From: Lytechinus pictus
Lineage: Eukaryota
Length of the DNA: 64,000 bases
Assembly (NCBI RefSeq): GCF_037042905.1
Contig: NC_087251.1
Span: 16,804,001 to 16,868,000, forward strand
Direction: 5' to 3'
Positions 51,301-64,000 of this stretch are shown in pieces. The translations under genes were made by a program, and so were the position numbers. The notes below the pieces were generated by a model. That model was not told the DNA's origin. It was given only the letters and a program-made list of their open reading frames with translations, and ran no database searches. How positions within the stretch are numbered: the stretch's first letter is position 1; each line of letters starts with the position of its first letter.

Positions 51301-52179
51301 ATCTTTTCAAAATACAAACTTGAAAGGTCGATGTATGTAAACTGAAATCTAATAGGATGGGAGTCCAAGGGTTATGACGAAATGACATCGCCTTTCGCCA
51401 AGCTATTCACTCTTGTCTCTATACAAAAGCACGAAAAGAAAATGACCACAATGTCACAAAGGTGAGCAAATTTGTGGATGTAATTACTTTGATGGTGGGA
51501 TACGGAATTGCAGGTATTCAATTTTTCCATAGACTTTAATATTTCCGATGCGGGGTATCGAGTCAATGTGTATTTTCCATTTATCTGGAACTAATGTTTA
51601 CGTATGGAGCACTGGAATATAAGAAGTAGACCTTCTCCAAAACTACATGCTACGAAGGAAGAAAACATAAATTTTTTTTTACTGAAAGAAGAATGTAAAT
51701 ATAACCTGAGAGAGATGGGGAGGGTGAGGTGGGAAGGGAAGAATGAAGGGGTGGTAAAATAATTATTTTGTACCATTTTCAAACAATTTAGCGAAAGTAT
51801 ACATACTAGGTAAAATTAAATATATTCAACAACGAACAGGTTAACCATTCATAGTCACTCTGAAGCGGGCTATATAGGCCGTACGATCTAGATTTTCACT
51901 CTGTATAATATCATTATATGTTATTACGGTTAATTTTTCCCTTGTTGAGTATATATTGTTTAATTTATATCAAATATATATTTTATGTGTTCAATGAAGC
52001 TTTCCAACCACCTAAATTGCAAAAATCTTTTGTTTGCGTCTCCCCTCGTATACAAGATGATGAGAATGAAAATAATAATAATGTCAGATAATGAAATGAT
52101 TTCTTCAGGGAATGGAGATAGTGAAAATGTCAATACCAACGACAATAATATCTCTTTCATGAAATTCAGTGTTTAACAA

Positions 52180-52640
52180 TTGACTGATATCGTATACGTC
52201 ATAATAAAAGCGAGCGTGTATAGGTCTTGCAGACACCTGTCAATCATAAATACATCACGTGATCGAAATGGTGGCCAATAGTTTCTGAACCTTTGGGCAT
52301 TGTTATCCTTATATTATACACGTTCAGCAACTGAGCGAAACAATAGCAGACAAGTTGTTATTAAAACCAAACCAGTAAATTGTGTTTGAAAGAGTAGCTG
52401 ATTTGATGATTATTGATAGACTTCACCCTTCATCGTTCATGATAGCTGATGTATCGATTGCAACCAAGGACATGGTACGGGCGCGAATAATTGAACTTTA
52501 GAATAATTGATGACATTCTTCCAACGAATGACGCGCCAGCAGTCACCGACGATCAGGTTTAAAACGGCGCCTTTCTCACGGCGAGCGCCTTACATCTCGT
52601 GCGGCGAGCTCGGCGTTCAGGTGCATCAAGTTTTGAAGAC
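52180..52640 (+). promoter_or_regulatory. Putative promoter of the nuclear receptor gene
   Basis: Local CpG enrichment (52480-52620), E-box CACGTG near 52256, CCAAT near 52275, upstream of candidate first exon. Confidence 0.4.
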
Positions 52641-52953
52641 TGGTAAACATGGTGAAGACGTCATAATTTCATGGAAGCTGTATGGAAGAGAACTGCGAAG
52701 AATCAATCGACCAACAAAACGTTGGTAGAACAAAAGTAATACATTGGCGCAGCATTTGCAAAAGATTGACTTAAACAAGGAAGGAAGAAGGGTAATTGTA
52801 TGAAAGTAAAACGAGAAAATAATATCTTCGAGGAACTTGCAGGGGAACTTGGTTAACAGACAATACTCTATGTACATGTGACGGATTCTGCTCTACTTTT
52901 GTGACTTGACACACGAGAACGTTTTGCTGAGATATTCATATGTTGGTAGCAGT

Positions 52954-53008
52954 ATGCATAACTTAGAGTTGCAGCTTGACCTACCGTATCAGTCGATCAC
53001 TTTACAAG
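52954..53008 (+). CDS. Candidate first coding exon of the nuclear receptor (MHNLELQLDLPYQSITLQ)
   Basis: ATG, 18 codons + G, donor AAG|GTAAAA; phase 1 joins in frame (G+AT=Asp) to exon 62167; lies downstream of a CpG-rich promoter-like stretch. Confidence 0.6.
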
Positions 53009-56000
53009 GTAAAATTCTATTTTAGTTTTCATCTTTTAATAAAAATAAGATATTTTATGATAATATTTAGGCATAATTACATATCAATTCACTTTATTTC
53101 AAAATGCTTTTTTTGACATCATAAAGATTAATATAAAGTCCGATTTCATGATATACATTAAAAAAAAAAATTTCATCATATTTTCTTCAAACAAATACAT
53201 GTAATTTAAGGACTCAAAAGAAGTGTAATTTATAGCAATTAGGTTGGGTCATTGTTACTGATTCTGCTCTACTTTTGTGACTTGACACACGAGAACGTTT
53301 TGCTGAGATATTCATATGTTGGTAGCAGTAGGCATAACTTAGAAATGCAGTTTTATGAAGTGTAATTTATAGCAATTAGGTTTGGTCATTGTTACTGATC
53401 ATGTTTTATCTCTTTTTTTTTACACATTTTATTACAAAAGCTCACTTAACTGTAATTATATATATCAATGACTATACGGTTTACGTATACATTGTTCTGA
53501 TTATTGAAGTACAATAGACCTGTTTAAGATCAAAGATTCAAATTTCTGAACATTTTATCTTGGCATCCTAGTAACAAGTAAGTATAGTAACAGATGCATT
53601 CCTTAATACTGTTAGTAAATAAACTGCAATACTTAGAATACCATTCATACACAGTACTTGTTGCTATGTCTGACGAGCTTCCGGAATGCGTAAGGATTGT
53701 CGAGAACAAAATTTATAAGTATAAGAACGTAAGCAGGTCTGTTACAGAGAAACTTATTTTGACAGACACGAAGTATTTTTCGTATTGATCGAAAAGTTTG
53801 AGAAACACAAAACCACTGTCAACCAATGTATGGACCTATTCCATCAGGATATGAATACGTTTTTCACTTAATGCATGTGTTCTGGAATACCTGCCAGACA
53901 TATTATCTTACTCATTTATACCTCGTTATATAGGTTCATAGGAAAGAAACATGCACAAATTTGAATCTCTTCATAAACAGCTATCATAAACAGCTATAAG
54001 TCTATCTAATTTTAAGATACCTAATGTTGCTTGGATTCTAGAATACCCCCTCCCCATTCAGCATAATTATCACTGATGATAGACAAGTTTAAGCCTGAAA
54101 AGGCTTGCTACGAATGCAGCAAAAGATTTTATGAAAAAAATTCAAAGGCATTGTGTCAGGCAGATATTGTACGATAAATAAAGAGAATAACGTATGTTGA
54201 TAAATTTACGATATTTTTGTCTAAAAAGGGATAAAATATATTTCATGTAACATGTTATGTTGGAAATAAGACATGATATTGAACTTGACTTTGAAAGAGA
54301 AAATACATTGAAATTGAACTTCGAATGTTATAGCTTACTCAGTACACGAATGTTTAAAAAATTACACCCAGTGCACTGAGGAAAGAAATATTCATAACTT
54401 TGGATCACATAGTAAAAAAAACATATGAAATAATTAAGATATAGACAATTGGTTTTCGAGATCAAAAAATATAATGAGGAAAAGAGGCAATCAAAAATAT
54501 AATTTCAACTACATGAATCACTAAAAAATTACAGAACTCTCACAAATAATTATTTAATAATTCAGATTGTAGATTGTATTAAAATGTCTGAAATTCTAGT
54601 AAAAGTTCTCGTAATTTTGACTGTAGTTTAATCATTAAAAGCGAACGTTTATACAGTTCCCCTCCCGATAATGTACATATCCAAATTAGATTGGACTGGA
54701 TTGAGAAAAATGCCATATTTATCCTTTCAAGATTCAATTATTATATCACACTATAAAGCCAATATCATAATGAAAAACATTAATTGAGTCCATGATTCAG
54801 ATCATAGTTTCTGTTCATTTGGAAAGCTAGAAATGAGCAAACTTTCCGACATCCTTTTCTATTTACATTTCGTGTATTTATTTCCTTTGCCTAAATTTTA
54901 ATAAATGGACTTTGTTTATGCTCGACATAAGTCCTCCAGACTTCTGGATCCGTGAAAAACTATTATTGATCAAGGTCTCTTGTCCAACCAGGGATAAGAA
55001 AATGAATGATTGCATAGCAATAATTTCTATTCTGGAGAAATAGGAAATTATCTAAAACCTGAAACCACTATATTATGTTCAAATCACAGATACAGATTAA
55101 TCATATACCTATAGTAGCTTACAAACCTCTGTTAATTATTTGATTTAACGTTTATTAAATAATTTAAATTGAAGTGCCAATGTTTCATCGATTTGATAGT
55201 ATATTTCTGATGGAAAAGGTTTGTTTGTAATCGTATAGAATTCGTGGATTACTTTATAAGAAAGAGTTCCTAGTAAATCAACCTAAATAAATGTTTCCTT
55301 TTGCCTAGTTGTATTATGGTATTAGGGGCAGATCCAGCATTGTCTAATATAGGAAGTGGGCGGAAACATATCTCATCAACATTTTCCCCGATTGGCTGCT
55401 CAAAGAGCTTTTTTTTTTGGGGGGGGGGGTTGTCTTAAAGACTGAAGTTTTATAAAAAGACTAGGTACTTCATTAGGACTAAATTGATTCGGCGAGCGCG
55501 AAGTGCGAGCTGAATTTTTTTTATATACTGACCTGAATAAAAAACACAGTTTAAAGACTATTTGCAGGAATTCATGAATAGAAGACGAATATCGCTAATC
55601 AAATAATGCAGCATGATGCGCGAACTGGCAAATTATTATTTTTTTAATCAGACCCCCCACCCCCCCCCCCCAAATAATAATACTACGAGCGCAAAGCCCG
55701 AGTTCAAGATTTCCATGTTATGACCGAAAAGGTTGTTTTAAGAACTGTTTGACATGTAGAACTATGTCACTGAAATAAACAATGCGAACGAGAATTGCGA
55801 GCTGAAACTTTTGGAGGTTGATACCTTTAATTTGTAATAAAAAATATGATGCATATTTTACTAAACAAAATAATGAATGCTCGAAGCGCGAACAGAAATA
55901 TGTTTTGTATTTTTTTTACTTGAAAACAGGATTAAAGGCAATTTTAATCTTGAACAAGATATGCAATTAAAAGGAAATGCGGGCGTGAAGCGCGAGCACA

Positions 56001-59000
56001 ATTTTTATGTTCTTATGGTGACCTGAAAGTTTATCTTATTTTCCTACCATTATGTTTTCTCACTTTTCTTCCTCCTCTTATTTTCTTCTTCTTCTATTTT
56101 CCTCTCCTTTCTGTCCTCTTCTTTATATCTCATCCTTTCCTCCCTTTTTTCGCCGCCAATGGGGGAAGGGGCGCTTCAACCCCCTTGATCATCACTCGGA
56201 AGTATATGAAGATGAACCAAAGTTTTGTCTGCCCCCACATGAATTATGTGTGAAAAATATGTATAGAGAGAGAGAGAGAGAGACTTACAAATAGAATGCA
56301 GTATAACTCACCAACAACACATTTTTCGTGGTCTATATAACCATAACACCGCACAAACATCAAAATGCAGTTGGATGTAAATAACGCGTGAAACTGATGG
56401 TCAGTGGTTCAATGAGCAAACAATATCGAAAGGGCAGAGCGTGGTATATGGGGCAAAATGTCTTAAAAGTCGCCAGCCAGCGAGAAATTTAACCTCTTTA
56501 ATGTAACTCTAATTTTGTGATAGATTTACAAATGATATTCAGAAATAGTGCGATATTTCACCCTTTTCATTCTCTTTTATGTCCTTTTCTCATTTTTTCT
56601 TAGTGGTGGAACTTTTCTTTTTTTTATAGTTTGGATGGGTGTGGGACAAAGTGCCCTTAAACACCCCCTCCCATTTATACGCCAATGCTAATTATTAGAT
56701 AAATAAGCAAACATGCTTTTGTAAATTGTCGAAAGTTTATGAGCACCTACAGATTAAGTATCATTTTGAAAAGAATGTCAAGATATTACAAATTATACAT
56801 TTGATATAAAAAGGTGAAAGTCTTTAAAATATGAAATGTCTTGAAATCCTTGTAAATTTCGTTTAGAAAAGCCCTGCCATCAATATGAACGTACCCAATT
56901 TAGATACCAAGACAGGGTACTCTGCGTTTGATAACCAATGATAAACCTAAATAATGGTGAATAATGATAAATCCAACTCAACTGCAAATCAATCACAATT
57001 CATCCAACTTTGTGTAATTATAAGCAATATTGTTCTTGAAGGCATGACAGTCCCAAACGAAACTAGTGGATTACACTTAATTACAAAATTAATGTTGATG
57101 AAAAAAAATGCTAGAGATGGCAATGATGAGGATGGTGATAATGATGACGACAATGATAACGACTGTGGTGATAATGACGAGGACCACGGACCCGGAGGAG
57201 GGGAGGGGGGGCTCGATCCCCTACTTTTCAATAAAAAATACTAAAATACAATCTGATCATTGTATTGCATGGTCAGTCCTCCCCCGCTTCCAAGACGTTT
57301 CCACGGCCCCTGATGATGGTGATATGAGTGGAATAGCGTGATTGAAGATTCATTTTAATGATATACAGTATTTCAAGAATTGAATGTATATACACGCATA
57401 CATTTTTACATTATAATATAGTCTGATGATAAACAGTTGGTCTTTAATTAATAAAGTGCAACATGGTTTTATATTTTCTGGAAGAGAATTCCATAGGTCT
57501 GGACTCTGAACATGATGGAATTTTGATGGCCAATACTGCATGGTTAGACCTGCGGTGGTCTGGTAATCCGATGACTCTGCATGGATCAAAACCAAAGTTG
57601 AAGGTCCTTCGGAAGGGATTTCAAGCCATTGGTCATTATTGATTGCTTACTTACAAGTCGCTTTTTTCATTCAATCCCATCCAATCTATCAAAATTCAAA
57701 CCACATTTGGAATAGCAAAACCGAAATCAAACCAACATAACAGATGAAATCCTCAAACGCCCCACACAACCCGATTTATTTTTAATAATTAAGATGTCAT
57801 TATGATATTATTATTAATTATTATTATTTTGTACTGTCACAAATTACTATTAATTGAATTAATGGTTATTCAACTCATGAATTTAATCTAGTTATTTAAG
57901 ATCTTTACAGTTTTTAAGACATAGCTAGGAACATTATGTTTACACAAAATTGAAAAGGGGAATTGGGGATGGGCTTAAAATGCCACATGCAATTATGATG
58001 CAAGCTACTATATAAGAATGTTTAGCAAGATCTCAAACTTGGCAATTAAGTTTTGCAAACCATATAATCTTGAAAAACTCCTGACAATAACACCATTCGT
58101 AAATCTCTTAAATAACTTAAAAACCAATTAGCAAACTCATCTATAATACAGATCTGGGATGTTTCACAAGATTTAAGTCTGTCAAAAGATTGAGGCATTT
58201 ATATTCATTAGGGGGTTCAATTCCCTCTCTTCCATTCCTAAAATATTGACAAGCAAAAAAGTCATTAGTCAAAACTGATGGTCATTTCATCTCCGAATAA
58301 ACAGGTAATTAGTAAAAATTGTTGGGTATTATTATCCCCGAAAAACTGTTTCTTCCCATATTTTTCTTGCTTTTGAAAAGTTTGTTGGTTCGATCGAACC
58401 CCCCCCCCCCTGAAACCCATGGCTATAAGAGCTTGCAATATTGATCAATTTGATTGCAATGCAGGGGTATCCATAATGCTTATGCCAATTTTCTCTACCT
58501 AAACCTAGAGGCCAGTCGAATGATAGAATGCGATTTTTTTATTTTTCAAATCACAAAAAGACCTGTTAATTTAACATAAGGGCGATTAGACAGAAACTAA
58601 AAATTTGGCAATTAGAATACGCGCCAGCCTTGTAGGCAGGAGTTATCCTCTATAATCTGGGGCATTCCAAATTATATTTATCAAAGTTTGGAGGAACGTG
58701 GGCTGAAAAGTAATAATTGCAATATATAACCTTTAGCCGATATCAGAATTTCGCATCATATCACGATATTGATCAGAATTCACACAATAAGGCATCTATT
58801 AACACTTTACAATCAATTTTCAATATATAAATAACTCAGTAAGTTTCGAAGTAGGTTGTAGGCATCTGATGGTCAGGTTGACTTTTTATAAAGGAACTTG
58901 ATTAAAACTTTGTAGAGAATCCAACTCACCTTTTGTTTGGTTAAATTAGAATTTTGACTTTAAAATATATCTGAACAATATATATGTAACTTGTTGAATT

Positions 59001-59979
59001 AAACAGATTAAAAATATACCACCTCTAATTTTATCTATACAATAAAGCGGTCAGTTGGCATATAAAGGTTTACGTACATGCCCGTTTCGTATTTGTAGAA
59101 AATAAGATAAAAAGTAGGTCGCCGAAATCTTACATCATCTACTCGATACTGGGCATGATATTAATTGAAATAAAAGGTTGCGAATCGACAGAATTCATGA
59201 AAATTAAAAAACGGGGCTTTCCCATTTTTCCAATTAGCTCGTAAATACGTCCATTCATCATTTTTATGTAAGTAATAACAGCGTTGGTTTAATTTTTTGT
59301 GAGTTCTATTCAAAGAATTTTCATACGTATACAACAATGACATATAGGAAATCGAATTTAGGTAAATTTTCAGTGACACTATGTTATTTGATTATTATTT
59401 TTTTCATTCTTCAGGGATTGCATGTTTTCAATGACTTAAAATGAATGAAACAAGACGTTAAACGTGGCAGTAGAATTCAAAGATGAAATAGTTGGTAAGA
59501 GCGGAACCAAGTTTCAACTTGCGTGCTTGCAAAGAATAGAAGTGGGTGAAATCATATCCTTAATTCTTTGGACTCAAACTATAAAAGAAACAAAACCGAA
59601 AATATATGAATGAAGACAGAAAAATCGTTACTCAAAATGAGAAGAAGTGAAATCAAAGAAAACACGAAATACTTTAGCTTCTTCCCTCAATCGTTCTGAC
59701 CTAAATCAGTAAATTGATTAACTTTTGCCATAGTCAACTTCAACTCCTTGGTGACTTCATATCAAGAAATATATATAAATATTCAGCAAAAAGTTCGAAC
59801 CATGCCTCAATATCTCATATCAGAAGTAACTGATAATACAATAATATATTTCTTGTTACATAATAAGAGTGATTATGAAGTTTTGAAATATGCTACTTTC
59901 ATATTTTATATTTAGTCAATCGTAAACTACCAGCATTGAGTTATCTTGTATATTCACACTAATATAAACTGTCTACAAC

Positions 59980-60430
<451 letters not shown>

Positions 60431-62166
60431 TTTTTTCTTTAATTTCACATTAATAAACACAGTTTACTTTGTCTCTTATCGACTAAAAAGCAGCCCCGCC
60501 ACCCAATTTAATGTCACTTTCAGCACTCAACCTCTTTACTTTCAAGGAACATTTTTTATAAAAATATAATTTAGGAAAAAAAATATATACAAATCTGCCA
60601 TTTCTTCCCATCGACATGACTTAAAAAAAAAAGTTAAGTGAACATAAAACAAAAGATGACTTAATTACTAAAAGGCTCTCCCGTAACTTAATACACCCTA
60701 TCTTCTCGAAATACAACTATATAACCGTGGTTAATGGTTCCTTAATTGGAGTTGGTGGAAAATACTCAGTTTCATTTCCGTGACTATTACCCTCCAACTT
60801 GCCCTCTTACTTATATTTTATAATGCTTTAGCCGAGGAATATGTTAGCAAAATATCAAACACATATTCAACTTGTGCGTGCTCAGACAAAGTAGACATGT
60901 ACGGTGTACACAGTTATCGTTTTCATAAAATAAACACCTTTTTGTCTGTTTAATCAACCGTGCCATTTTTTTCTTTCTTGTGAGTATAATCTAATTAAGG
61001 AAGATGTATTCCAATGCTCTTCATGATTGTGCTTACAAGCTTGATAATAATGTGCTAGGCTTCTCTACTGAAACCTGCAACTTTTTTATTTCATATCGTG
61101 GCATTATCGCCGGTAAAATTACACTTGTTCTTGAGTGAGAATCAATAATAGAATTTGTAAGAGCGACAATGTTGTTAAAGGGTGCTGTTTCCAAAGCAAA
61201 GCTTTAAAGTAAACGTGTAACACCGTAGAGTGAAAACACCATTTATCACTGCGTTGCATGATGAGAAACGCAAACATACATTAGCGTATCCTGTTCTGGA
61301 ATAATTGAATTTTCTAAGTTCTTTGGCAATAATTATGTCTTGTCTCAACTAAACTTTAGGTCAAAAATTGAAATAGGAACAATATTACTATCACGATATC
61401 TTTGAAGAAAAAAATCATGACACAACTTATAGACAGTAAATATGATAATGGCATAGAAATAGATTATTTTTGTAAAGTTTGATAGTTAATCGGTTTTTTT
61501 TAAATAAGTGACATTTTTTATATTTGCAACAGATCTGTTTTGAAGCACTGTTCTAAACAAGTAATTCATCCTCCCTTTTATATAAGTAGACTTCGATAAA
61601 AAAAGGTGTTATTCATTTCACTTTCATTATGGAACAATTTGTGCAATACAGCCTTTGTGTTTATGATTATAGAAAGAAAGTAATCAATATTTTTCAATCA
61701 GTTATTACAGACACGATTACAGAGACAGCAAAAAAGAATGAAATTGTATCGTTTTTGACGGAACAATTAAATAGATATTACAAGTCTATTAAAATATGTG
61801 TCATAATCATTGCATGACATTGCTAATTTTAATTAAGTTCTAAGATAATGTCTTTGAAAATGATGACCATGGAAGCATTTTTTCATGATTTTAAAACAAA
61901 AGGAGCGGATCCAAAATTTCTTGAAAGAATGACACAGAAAGTGCACTGAATTTTCTGACAAGCAAGATGGGGGCTCATTGTAAGAAAAAGTAAAAACGCA
62001 ATTTTGAGCCCCCAAAAGAGGGTGGATTTTGTTTGCCATCGGTTACACCACCTCTCCCTGGATCTGCATCAGGGTAAATTCAGTTTTATATATTTCTGAA
62101 TACTTATGTATCACGAGAAAGCATATAGTTTTATGTTTTGATATCATGACGTTTGCTTGGTTGCAG

Positions 62167-62276
62167 ATGAGTTAGGATCTATCCAGCCGCCGAGCAGCCG
62201 TAAGATCCCCTGTCAGGTATGTGGTGCGATGTCGTCTGGTCTTCATTTCGGAGTATTCACTTGCGAAGGATGCAAG
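62167..62276 (+). CDS. Nuclear hormone receptor, DNA-binding domain first zinc finger exon ([36 protein letters not shown]); gene continues beyond window
   Basis: C-x2-C-x13-C-x2-C C4 finger with P-box CEGCK; ttgcAG acceptor, GTAATC donor straight after CK (intron position also used by ROR-type receptors). Not in ORF track (too short). Confidence 0.93.
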
Positions 62277-64000
62277 GTAATCATTTACTGCAAAATATAG
62301 GGCCTATCCTATAAATTGTTTCTATCATATATATCATTTTCATCTTTATTATTCTTTGCGCATGTTTCATAATCATTATTGATTTTTAAATCCCCATTGA
62401 ATATCAAAATGTCACTTGCCTTATCTTTCTCTCGCTCCTGTCAACATTCCCCTATCACACGGCGTTTAGTTGGCTGCGTGCTTTTCTTTACCGGTAATTA
62501 TGAACGTAAACCTATCATCCTGTATTTCTTTATAATTTCTACATAATCATTCTTTTTTTAATATACTACCCATCATACGGCGTTTATTTTGCTGCTATTC
62601 TTGAATTATGTACGTTAGCTAATCATCCAATACTTCTTTATCATTTTTATATAATCATTGTTCTTTTTAAATATATTAACCTTGCCTGTATATCAGTTCT
62701 CATTATCCTTTATTATTGCACTCAGATTAATTAGATCTATTGAATATTCATTTTTCGGTAGCCACATCTCTAGTAGCTACATCTTTGACTAAAATTTGGT
62801 ATCTAAATTACATCATGACTGTTAAAGTTTTCCTCCTCTTGCGACATCATCTTTTCTCTATTCTGAAATTATTTGTTGATTAGATTATCAAGGTTGTGAG
62901 GCATAATGGACAGGCGTTCGAAGAAAGGAACCCACCGTTGATCGCACGCATTAGAACAAACGAAATATCATGTAATTTTAATGAACGATAAACACAAGCA
63001 ATTATCCCCTCGATGCATTTCAAATTGCTCACTGCATAACTTTAATACAAACCTGTAAATATTTAATGAATAAGTTTTAGCATCATTGCTCCTCCATTAA
63101 AATCGAACAGATTGACATATCATAGTTCCTGATAGTTCTATATAGGGTAAAGTACAGGGAAAATGTAAAAGTATCTTGGTTTTTTTTAATAGCTCACTTT
63201 TAGATGGCGCATATGGGCTATTCCACGGTTACCCACGTTACATTTGGAGACACCTTGATTCATACTTGGAGCTGTAACTCCATTATTATTGATAGGAACT
63301 AAACATCTCTTTATCACAAGAAAGTACGCAGTCTGACTATCCTTTGTATAAAAAAAAACTTGGGAAATTTTATTATGCTCCTGGCAAATCTTTGAAATGT
63401 GTCGGTTACTCATGTTACATGATTTGGACATGCATTAATGAAAAGTCGACATAAGTGAAAAGTGTCCTCATACAAGGCTTTTTATGAAAGTTGATTATAT
63501 CCATTTCAAAGAAGTATATTAGGGAGACAAACTTTGTATATAATTCAAAAAATAAAGAACACATGGTTTTTACTAGGGGTGCAGATAAAGTGGTTACTCG
63601 CGTTACATTTTGTCCATGTATGGTCAACAACACATGTAAATGTCACTGAAAATTCAATAATGTGTGTAAGATTCATGTTTCTGTTTCTGTAATAATATGA
63701 GTAGGATTTTAGACACCAGTTTATGTTTAAAGGTAATATTCTGAATAAGTTTCCTCCTCTCTTTTACTTATTGGTCAGTTGGTCAGTATATTGGTAATGT
63801 ATTCACTAAACTGTACGAGATCTGGCTTGGGCTGTGTAAATAAAAAAAATGTAAAACAAATGCATGCCATTTCTTGCCTCAAGCCCTCAACATCGATTAT
63901 AAAAGAACCAGCAAAAAGTATAAGTAAGGCAAACACAATTAAAATGAACAGTTCAGATGGGCTATACAGTACAAAGACACATTGAGCTCATGTCCACCAA

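Overview
Eukaryotic, AT-rich, repeat-dense animal genomic DNA. The repeat types and intron structure suggest a marine invertebrate deuterostome, most likely a sea urchin (inference). Nearly all ORFs in the supplied track are noise. Real genes: (1) a complete NOP53/GLTSCR2 ribosome-biogenesis gene on + (12 coding exons, 22811-35860, 436 aa by manual splicing), with a U12-type (minor spliceosome) intron and a probable 3'UTR intron; (2) the 5' part of a nuclear hormone receptor gene on + (candidate first coding exon 52954-53008; first zinc-finger exon 62167-62276) that continues beyond the window. The first 22 kb is a nest of transposons. It holds an 11.7-kb CCC...GGG element with a 2-bp TSD (CMC/EnSpm-like) that carries its own promoter and spliced exons, a foldback MITE and a 70-bp minisatellite. 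Inside the minisatellite is a young, non-autonomous LTR retrotransposon with non-canonical CG...CG termini and a 3-bp TSD (Troyka-like), itself interrupted by a second CMC-like element. Many hAT, Tc1/mariner, MULE, Kolobok, Harbinger and Helentron-like MITEs can be delimited by their TIRs and TSDs.
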